Assembly: GCF_964355755.1 (NCBI RefSeq)
Contig: NC_092672.1
Location: 4,650,001 to 4,714,000, forward strand
Direction: 5' to 3'
DNA length: 64,000 nucleotides
From: Antedon mediterranea
Lineage: Eukaryota > Animalia > Echinodermata
Shown here: one piece after another, positions 23,751 through 34,700 of the stretch
Numbering within the stretch: position 1 is the stretch's first letter
Layout: each line of letters opens with the position of its first letter
Program-made: the position numbers and the translations under genes
The notes under the pieces: model-generated
What the model was told of the DNA's origin: nothing
Databases searched by the model: none
Seen by the model: the letters and a program-made list of their open reading frames with translations, nothing else

Positions 23751-24517
23751 ATGCGGATGAACTGTATGATAGCAAACATTATTGGATATTCGGTAAGATT
23801 TTACTTGTCTGATTAAATTTATTTTGTTTAACTATAATTATATCAAAAATCAACATTACTTTTGTTGGTAATCTTATATATATACCTGTAGCATGTATCA
23901 ACTATAAAGCCGAAGTATAGTCATGTCCCGGAACTACTCTATTAGTCACCAGGGATAGACTTTCTTCATCATTGTTTCTATGAATGGATGACTTTTGGGA
24001 GCGGGAACGCTAGTAGACCAAACCCAGTACCGTTTTGATTCCGACCATTCGGGAAATTTCCTCTTGACGTATATATAAAAAATGTAACGGGAGACAATCC
24101 ATAATGATATGGTGTACAGAATTTGTATAAAACAAATACCCGGCTGTTAAATAACGTAAACTAACGCATTAATATACTTTATTTTTCAGGGTCTGATGCA
24201 CGGAAAAGTTACACTAACTAGTCGTGACTCTAAAATCAATATATGCGCTACTTTTGCAGTTGATGTTGTTCTGTAAACAACCAAATGCTTTTGGGATTTA
24301 AACAAGCATAAATATCAATGAAATAGTAAAGGCAAAAATGATGACAATAAATATCCATTAATGTGGAAAACATTTCTTGTGTTCAAAAGTGTGTGATCTT
24401 CATTTTCTTAACAGCAATGATGTCTGATATAAAAAAAAACTGCAGAAAATGTGTAAAAACCGAGATCCAGTTTGGATTAAGGACAACACAAGAAATTATC
24501 TCATGTATAACAATGGT

Positions 24518-24523
24518 TTTATT
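24518..24523 (-). terminator. Candidate polyadenylation signal of SMPD4
   Basis: AATAAA on the minus strand about 0.9 kb after the stop; common hexamer in AT-rich DNA, so tentative. Confidence 0.35.
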
Positions 24524-24929
24524 GTAACAAAACTGACCTAAATAATCAAAGCATATTAATAATAATAATTATTCTATATTAATATCAGTAATGTAAAGTA
24601 ATACAAAATACTTATAATTTTCAAATATGCAGTAGCCTATCATGTAATTAAAAAAGTTATAAAATAATCGAAGCTTTATGTAATTTGACAGGAGGTAGAT
24701 GTACATTTTCTTCTTCATTTATGGCAGTCAACTTTGATGGCATCGAGTACACTTTAAAGAAAAAATTGCAGCTGTTTATACACTTTCTCAATTTCCAAGC
24801 CTGGCAAATATTTTAGTAAAATTGTCAATGAGCCGTACAACGGGCGTAAAAAACCCTGATGAATGTGAACACAAGTTATGCAACATGGATAGATGCGTGA
24901 GTTGTACTCTTCTGTTTTAACTAGAAATG

Positions 24930-25455
24930 TAGAATTCTTGTTTTAATCTTCAGTCCACATGGCTACGTACTTCTTGTTTCAATCTTCAATCCGCATGGCT
25001 ATGTACTTCTTGTTTTAATCTTCAATCCACATGGCTATATAATTCTTGTTTTAATCCACATGGCGATATACTTGTTTCAATTTTCAATCCACATGGCAAT
25101 ATACTTGTTTCAATTTTCAATCCACATGGCTATATAATTCTTGTTTTAATCTTCAATCCACATGGCTATATAATTCTTGTTTTAATCTTCAATCAACATG
25201 GCTATATAATTCTTGTTTCAATCCACATGGCGATATACTTGTTTCAATTTTCATTCCACATGGCGATATACTTGTTTCAATTTTCAATCCACATGGCAAT
25301 ATAATTGTTTCAATTTTCAATCCACATGGCAATATACTTGTTTCAATTTTCAATCCACATGGCGATATACTTGTTTTAATTTTCAATCCACATGGCTATA
25401 TAATTCTTGTTTTAATCTTCAATCCATATGACTAATATGTTCTTTAGATAAGAGC
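24930..25455 (-). repeat. 33/36-bp minisatellite in the SMPD4 3' UTR
   Basis: Units such as AAATTGAAACAAGTATATCGCCATGTGGATTGA, about 15 copies. Confidence 0.93.
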
Positions 25456-25742
25456 AGTGTACAACTTGCGCCAACAACACCGTACATGAGTATAGTCAGT
25501 AAAAGTACAAAAACAACACCCAGTAACGAGAAATCCAGCCAATACAGAACCATAAAGAAAACTAGAAGGTAGATAATTGAACGGTAGCTAGCTAAAAATC
25601 GTAGACATATGCGAGGTTTGTTATCAGGGAGAAGTGTGTCATCGTGACTTGGAGATTGTTGATAAGGAGGTTGAAAATATTGATAGGCAAATGTGCTAAT
25701 GAAACCATCCGTCAGGCATAAATCTTGGATTTCATTTCCCCA
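25419..25742 (-). CDS. SMPD4: SMPD4 last coding exon (C-terminal membrane anchor)
   Basis: WGNEIQDLC...PRICLRFLASYRSIIYLLVFF...KEHISHMD-stop; acceptor ttttattttattgcag. Confidence 0.92.
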   Translation of the reverse strand, partial: WGNEIQDLCLTDGFISTFAYQYFQPPYQQSPSHDDTLLPDNKPRICLRFLASYRSIIYLLVFFMVLYWLDFSLLGVVFVLLLTILMYGVVGASCTLLLSKEHISHMD

Positions 25743-28700
25743 CTGCAATAAAATAAAAAGATAAATTGAAATGGCTTAGTATAAACTTGCATAGCAACGT
25801 TGCTGCAATTACACACAGAAATATGTAGAATATTAATTCTATTTTATTAATAAATAGAGTTAAAAAAAAACTGTTGTATTAACCAAGAATCAATTGAAAA
25901 ATAGGGTGCCAGGTCAGTTATCAGTTATTCTGGTTGAATTTGTTTTGACATAAATATGAATTCTTTTGAGTAATTTCTTACCACTGTGTTTAGCCATGTA
26001 GAGAGTTTATGAAGAAATCGAACAAGGCATTTGTTTTCGTAGGTTCTGATTGGTTGAAGATCTGGGTTTCCATTATAAGTGACATTAAACCGCCGTAAAC
26101 CATTCACTATCTGGTTAAAAAAAAACTCAATTTATACTAAAATATATTAACAAGGCAACAAAAATGGGAGAGTCTCAGATGATGAAATTGACAAACCTTA
26201 CCTGATACCTGCCAAGTGGGGTAAGTTCTCCACCTGACATGTCAGGGGCAGTCTGTTCACCACTCTTTGTAGGCGTGCCCCATGTCATTGATGTGTTGTG
26301 TGAAATGGTTTCCATCTAAAAAGGCAAAAAAGAACAAATTCTTTGTCTATGCATATTTATAACTCAAATAATTATGTCATCAGCCATATTCATTTGATGA
26401 CATCATTGACAGAAAATGGACCATCCTTGTACAGTAATAAATAGGGAATAAACTGCAACTTGCAGCCTTCTGGGCTGAATTTCGCACAGGTGTGGACGAC
26501 ACATACCACAACTTTCTACTCCCCTTCATGTCGAGTGCTGCCACCAAATGGCACCTGTTCGTCTGTCCACAATGACAAGGGCTGAAACGACAGTACTCCG
26601 GGGTATCTTCCGGAAGATGGACTGGGTTCTTTAAAGTGCACACAAGCCAGATGTGTAGTCACTCGATCTCCAGTTTTAAGTCCTTATCTAAGAAGACTTG
26701 TTCTACCACCAGAGGAGTGACTCGAGGAGTGACTTGAACCTGTGCTGATTGTATAGCTATCGTTTGCGGCGCACCTGCCTTAACCGCTCGGCGACTCATA
26801 TATAGACCACATGTATTAAAATCTGGCTTACCTGAAAAATCTTACCAAAGTATGACATGCTATACTCCAGGTAACCACTGGCCTTAGCTCTGTTAGCAGA
26901 ATCCGCATCATCTATTCCCAGGCTGCTAAGCCAATCAAAGATACCCATTTTAGGCTTCTGACCTGCATTCTGAGGGTTGTTAAGTGTGCTTTTCACCTGA
27001 GAGATGTTCTTCAACAGCTGCTCCATCTGAAAAAATAAACGGGTTGCAGTTTAGTTTCATTTTCCAAAACAAAAACTAATTATTTTAGCCCATATTAAAG
27101 ATATAGATAACGGCAGAAGTTTTTATCAATATAGCGATTTCTTGAAAATCGATAAGCATGGTTTATTAGTATATACTAATTTGTAAAAAAAAAAAAAAAA
27201 GGAAAATAACTGTTGAAGTTATCATAAATGATATTGCTATATATATATGATGTTCTTATATATTTATTCGTTTCTTAAAATTGTGTACACCAAAAAAAAA
27301 ATGAATTTCCAATATGTTTTATTGGACCAAATAAGTGCTGTGAGAGCAGCGCATTATTATTTATTATCATGCAAAACACAGAGAGATACTTGTTAAGTTA
27401 AAAGACTTACCATTTGCTTACATTGAAATCCAAACATTGACCTGTACCTAAAGCTAGGCCCCTCTACCTCGGCCACACGTTGTAACACCGACGTAGAGGA
27501 TGAGGTCGGTGATAAGGATATAAAGCTCCCGCTGGCCGTAAGTTGGGCATTTGACACCCGGTTGGTTGTCACACCGTGGTAATTTGTAACACTATGTTCA
27601 GCTGTGTGTGAAAAAAGTTTAGTAATTTGTTATTCTTGTGTCTTACAGTCCCAAAGGTTAGGATTTTAACTCACAACTCTTTCTAATTTTACACTACACA
27701 TATTTAAAAAAAGTCTTAAGCAACTTCTTATTTTTGGTTGGATAGGAGAGACAGGTGCATTTTTTACTCAAGCTCTTGTGAAATCTGTTCCGGCAAGCTC
27801 TCATAAGCTTCAAAGTGCTGGAGAATGAAGCAGTGTAAATGGTTCCTCTGCTTTTTCTTCATTCTTTGGATATTTGTTACAGTAGGTCATTTTTGTGTGT
27901 AAAGCACAAACATTGTACGAGACTAAAATTATTATTATTATCCTATGTATCCTTACCATCATCTATTACTTCATGTAAATCACCTTGTCCGAATACTTTT
28001 CCAACACGAAACAACATTTGTGCATTCTTTAGAGCGGCTAGGTCATGTCGAAGAGCTCGTTGAATGTATTCTTGAAACAAGATTGTGTAGAAATGCAGAT
28101 TCTCACCAACAAACTTTTTGCTGTAACAACAATTTAATTTGTTTGTTAAAATACATGAGTGTTGAAGGGGATGATGGGTAATTTGTTGTTAATACATGAG
28201 TGTTGAAGGAGATGATGGGTAATTTGTTTGTTAATATATGAGTGTTGAAGGGGATGATGGGTAATTTGTTTAATACATGAGTGTTGAAGGGGATGATGGG
28301 TAATTTGTTTGTTAATATATGAGTGTTGAAGGGGATGATGGGTAATTTGTTTAATACATGAGTTTTGAAGGGGATGATGGGTAATTTGTTTGTTAATACA
28401 TGAGTTTTGAAGGGGATGATGGGTAATTTGTTTGTTAATATATGAGTGTTGAAGGGGATGATGGGCAATTTGTTTAATACATGAGTTTAGAAGGGGATGA
28501 TGGGTAATTTGTTTGCTAATACTCAAGTGTTGAAGGGACTGATGGGTAATCTGTTTGGTTTGCAAAGTTTTAAAGTGCTGGTGGGTAATTGCATTCCTGT
28601 GAGTGCTGTTTTCCTACAAGAGGAATACACTGAATAAACTTTCAAGAATTCACATTTTTCCGTAATAAAATTTATAGAATTTATGAAAGTGGTATTTAAG

Positions 28701-31700
28701 TGTTATGGTTACCTCTTTATTTATTTATTGACACGCCAAATATAGTAGGTCATCAATTTTTAGATTAGTGTGTGTTTATATTATAGTAAAATTCAAATTT
28801 TCATGTCAATAATTACCTTGCAGTTGACATAGGCTGGTCTTTATCATCGTTGATGTTCTGCGGATCCATGTAACGCCATGGCTGAATAAAGCTTAACCAT
28901 GTCTCCAACATCTATGTCAAAATATTTAAATATTGTCAAACTAGTCTGATAGTGCTGTCTACACTATCAGACTAGTTTGACAAAAAAAGTTTGATGTGTT
29001 CAAATACGGTAGTGATATGCCTAAATACGGTAGTGATATGCCTAAATACGGTAGTGATATGCCCAAATACGGTAGTGATATGCCCAAATACGGTAGTGAT
29101 ATGCCCAAATACGGTAGTGATATGCCCAAATACGGTAGTGATATGCCCAAATACGGTAGTGATATGCCCAAATACGGTAGTGATATGCCTAAATAAGTGA
29201 ATGTTTTGAGGTTTTTTATTTATGTATATTTTCTTAATTCATTGTACGATAGTTAATTTTAATAGGATGTTTCTATTTTTATAGCAATTTTAACTAGTTT
29301 TTATATATTTGTAATGCAATTCATTTCAGTCCTGTGACTGTCGTTTTGTAATATATTTTTAATATACTGAATAAATAAATAAATAAATAAAAAAAAAATA
29401 TGGTAGTGATAAGACATCAGTATCTCCATATATAGGCACATCACATTTTATTGTCACGTAAAGTTTGATAGTGTTGACAGTGCTTTAGGAAGAGAAGAAT
29501 GCACTTTTATAATCAATGCTACAAATTGGATAATGTTTTCCTTATACTCTATAAACTTACCAATCTAAATGAAGAATCTAAAGGCCATCTGTCAAATCCA
29601 TGACGAAAGAAAGCATATAGTTTATTCTGGACCATCGGAATAATACATCTAGGCACAAAAAAGGTTAATACAGTATGATGTTAGAAAGGTAATAATAATA
29701 ATAATTGTCTTTTGTATAGCGCCTAAACAAAATAAATTTTCTCTAAAGCGCTACGACCACAAGGCTGGAGGTAGCTAGAAATTATGTCATTTCATATGCG
29801 AAAGAGAAGCGTTTTTAGCAACTGTTTGAAGATGTCAATTGAGTTTGAATTCTTGATTGATTGTGGAAGAGCATTCCATAAGAATGGAGCTGTGCAAGAG
29901 AATGACCAATCAGCAAATGTATGTCTGCATGTTGGTTGGAATAGTAATGGTAAAAATTGATAGCAAAATGTTGGATTATACACTTGAAAGCAAAGTATGA
30001 TGAAAGTCCTTTCTTACATGGATAACCTAAAAATACTCAGAAAACATATTTACATTTTCCATAACATTTATTAACTAAATGCATAAAAATGAATATATAC
30101 CTTTTAAGGTCTTCTAAAGGCTCATCAACCTGGTGGTACAGCGAAGGGTGAATTTCTTTTGCACTATTAGCAAAGAAATGTAGGTGTTTCACCAGCATTC
30201 TAACTAGGCGTACAAGATCTTGGCTTGGCAAAACATTGGCCTAGAACAAAGGCAAAATATTAACAATAAATAACATTCTATTATGATCAAATAGTGCAGT
30301 GTGATTTGACTAAAGCTTATTTAATTAATTTTGGATGGTGACAATTTAAATAATTAAAAAAAATTGTGCTTGAATTTGATTTGGGTTCATGGAAATATTG
30401 TATAAGTTTATTCAACTGCAACTCATTCAACTGTAAGACTTATTCAACTGCAAGTCTTCTTCAACTGCAAGACCTATTCAACTCTTTTTCAACTACTAAC
30501 TTATTCAACTGCAATTCTTTTTCAACTGCAAGACTTATTCAACTACAACACATATTCAACTGCAAGACCTATTCAACTACAAGACCTATTTAACTGGAAG
30601 ACCTTTTCAACTGGAAGACCTATTCAACGGCAAGACATATTCAACGGCAAGACATATTCAACTGCAAGACTTATTCAACTGCAAGACCTATTCACCTGCA
30701 ATACTTATTCAACTGCAAGACTTATTCAACTGCAAGACCTTTTCACCTACAAGACTTATTTAACTGCTGCACATATTCAATTGCAAAACTTATTCAACTT
30801 CAAGTCTTTTTCAACTGCAAGATTTATTCAACTGCAAGACCTATTCACCTGCAATACTTATTCAACTGCAAGACTGATTCAACTGAGATTTTTTTATATG
30901 ACAGGTTTGGTAACTTTTTAGAATTGATACTTACCCTTACTTGTTGTGAAAATGATTTCTGATCATAGTAAAGCGAGTTTTGATTGAGCCAGAACTCCAC
31001 AAGCACCTGTATCAATATCTCTGACCTCCAATTCTCTTGACCGATTGACTCTAAGTGAGAGTCCCCATGACCCATTGATGTTGACCGTTGAAGAGAATTA
31101 ATGTTACGTAGGAGACTCACTTGTGGCTGTTGTCCACCAGATTGTCTGAAATAAATTGTTTGTTATGTCAATATTTTATTGTATGTTTGTTAAATTGCCC
31201 CATTGATGTTAAAAATTAGACATTTTCAGCAATTTTTTTCGGATCTAGATCTCTACACACGTCTACACTATAAAACTAGTTTGGCAATAAAAGTGTGATG
31301 TGCCTAAATGATATGGTAGTGATATGGCCCAATATAGTAGTGATATGACATCATCATGTCCATATACTGTATGGGCACATCACATTGTTTTTGCCACATA
31401 ACGTTTGATAGTGTAGACAGGGCTTTAGAGTTCTATTATCAAGACATTCTTACACACAATTATATGACACATACAGTATATGACACATAGTTGTAATGCT
31501 GTAGGATTTTTAATTCAAGAAAGGGAACTGACTACTACAGATGAAGATGAAATATTCGAAAAAAATTGAGGAAGCAAAACTAAATAACGTTTGTAGGGTT
31601 TTCTTAAGCGTGGTTCCCACTAGGACGCAACGCAACGACATATCGACGCAAAGTGTTGTATTGCATAATCACATGTGGGAACCGATGACGCAACAATGCT

Positions 31701-34700
31701 GCAAACATAGCAGGTTTGATTTCACGCAGGCGGGGGAAAACACAATTATGGGAAGGGCATTTTGTTACGTTGCGTAGGTTGTGTCGCTAGTGGGAACCAA
31801 GCATTCCTATGTTAAAGCATGCATGGCACCTTCTATATTTGCAGGGTAGAATGTTCTAGATATAAGAACTAGATTCAGTTTAGCTCATTAAAGTGCTCAA
31901 AAGCATGATCAGAGAGCTAAGTATACTTTAACTATATAGAATAATAGTTGGAAATTTATAGGCTGCACAGTGGTGTGTGTGTGTTGTCATATAATTAGAG
32001 TTTGTGTGTAAAAGCAAGGGCAGTCATTCTCAAAACCCGACACTTGATCTGACCTAAAACTGCTCAATATTGCCGAAATCTGTTTTTTATAATAAATAAT
32101 TTGTGGGAACCTTAACAAATTCCACGTTCCAGTTTTCAAAAAATAAGCAGAGTAGACTGTAGACAGAAATATAATGTATATTGTTTACATTATGTATCTG
32201 GGGAATAATTTACATTTGAACACTAGGACAGTACCTACAATGTTGTTGATGTTACTATACAATATGATGAAATGAATAGTGCATCATCATCAGTAAATAC
32301 AAGGAAACAAAATGATTTAACTGTACTAGTGAGTGAGGGTGCATACTGTACTACCAGAGATGAAATAGTGCTGACGTTAAGGAATATTAGGAGGAATATA
32401 AATAACTGTACCCAACAAAGCTAACACTTTAAAGCTCTGTCAAACTAGTTTTACAAAAAAAGTGTGATGTGCCCAAATATGGTAGTGATGCTCAAATATG
32501 GTAGTGATATGATATCATCATGTCCATTGGAGCATCACATTTTTTTGTCACATACAATTTGATAGTGTAAACAGGGCTTTAAGTTTGGTGTGTGCAATGT
32601 AGTCATTAGTTATTCAGTGATTGATTTTAAATTATTATCAAGTTTAATATATAATCCAATACTAAAATCAAAATGCTCCTTTTCTAGTTTTAAGCACTAA
32701 TGTGCAGGCAACATTTCCAAAAAAAATGAAAAAAGGTAACCATAGGTTTAAACATCTAACTAGATAAGATATCTCAACAACCTTAGTTTTTTTATTTCTA
32801 TATAATGTAAAAAAAATAAAATGTAGGCCTATTTTAAATTATGAAATAATAATTATTTATAATAATCTAAAGTTAAAAAAAAATATGAATGTAATGATAA
32901 AACAAATGACATTCATGTTAAAGAAAACATTTAATGGCTTTCAATCCAATAGGGAGATAGCTTATTATAAGATTGATAATAAGTTAATTTTAATTACTGT
33001 AATTGAAGAAAAACAAGAAAAAAAAAAATAATTGTTTGAGAAGCAGCAATATTTGTAGATCTATATTATTATATAATCATTTTTTTTTTGCCGTTATGGA
33101 AATTACCTAGTTTCTAAAGTTTGCCATATTCAAATAGATTGCAGTTAGGGGAAAATGGCAAAATCAGTTACAAGAGTTGTAAAACAATATAAATTATCTG
33201 ATAAAACTCCTAGAAAGTAGGAAGTCTTTTGCGATTTTTCCCCTCACTGATTATAATAATAATTAAATAAACCAAAATGCCTGTAGAATATATAAATTAT
33301 GAATATTTATAAAATGCTTGTTATAATATTAAAAACATGCAATTAAGGTCAACCAAAGGTTAAATTCAAACAGTGCAAATGTCACCGTTTAGTGTCAACA
33401 AAAATAAATTATTTAGATAATTCACAAATACTCAAGTCAAAAGAGGTCGAATACTACTTAAGTGCAAAAGTACTTTTATGTGAAATGTAAATACAGTAAA
33501 AACAAGAATTAAATTATTTCAATTTTGATACTTGTGTCATCACTATTTTATTGATTAAAATGTTTAAAGATGTATTGTCCCCTTATATTTTTTAAAATTT
33601 TGTTGTTGAATACAGTATGCTATTTTAATGTCACATAATAGTTATTCACTTTGACCAATGGCTTTTTTGATTGAATTTAACCGTTTATTTTGTCATTGTA
33701 TAGGAGAAAACATTAATTTTTTTCGCTTTTTTCTACAAAAGTGATTAACCACAAAATAACCTATTTAAATTCTGATTTTATTTATCTTCATGTTTTTGGG
33801 GTACAATATACCTTTAATACAAAACATTGATATTTATTTTTGACTTGAATATTTGATTTTTATCACAGACAATACTATTAAACATGCAGATCCCACAGTG
33901 TAATGTGAGACTTACAAGTAAGACCACAGAACTCCACCAGGTCTAGAAAACAGATAAAAGACAAGAAATTAAATATAATTATCAACTACAAATAAATAAA
34001 TGTATTCAACGGATAAAGTTATGGCACAGTCATCCATCCTTGTAATTAAAATGCTTCTACATGCATGGTCCGAAGCCATTTCACCCCTATAAAACGCAAC
34101 AACTTGTAATATAGGTTTGTATACTGTGAAATCACGGGAGAAAAACACAACAGGCATTTTTTTTTTCCGAGACGCCCCGGTATTTAACTGTAATCACAAC
34201 GCAACTATGCTTTCTCCCAAGATTCCTCACGGTTCATGGAAAACGTGTAATAAATCGGGAGATCAAACCTGGTTACAAGTTGTAACAATTTATGAAGATG
34301 TGAAAAGTGTACAGTGTTAGAATTTTTTTCCCTGGGGTAAAAACTAAGCTTAGACCCTCTACCATTTATAGTACAGATAATATTATCTGTGTCAGAGGGT
34401 ACTGCAGTCACAATATTTTAAAAGGGGTGTAAAAAATTACCTTGTTTGGCATGCATTTCCGCCTTGGTTGTACCCACTGGGCGATGTTCCTGTGTATGGC
34501 ATGAGGGGTACTCTGTTCCCACTGATAGGTAAAAAGCAATTTAAGTAATCCTCTACCAAATTGGTGTACAAAGAGTTTTCTATTGTACAAGCATTTTGTA
34601 CAGGCTAAAAAATAAGGTTAATTCAGCAATTAGTACAAAAACAGAGGAAGGGGTAATGGAGTGTCAAGTATTGAATTTTAGGTAGTGGCTCTGTAGTTAG

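Noticed and set aside
25220-25421. Selenocysteine recoding of the in-frame UGA repeats after SMPD4
   Set aside because: No SECIS recognised, and homology to SMPD4 already ends at the first stop.
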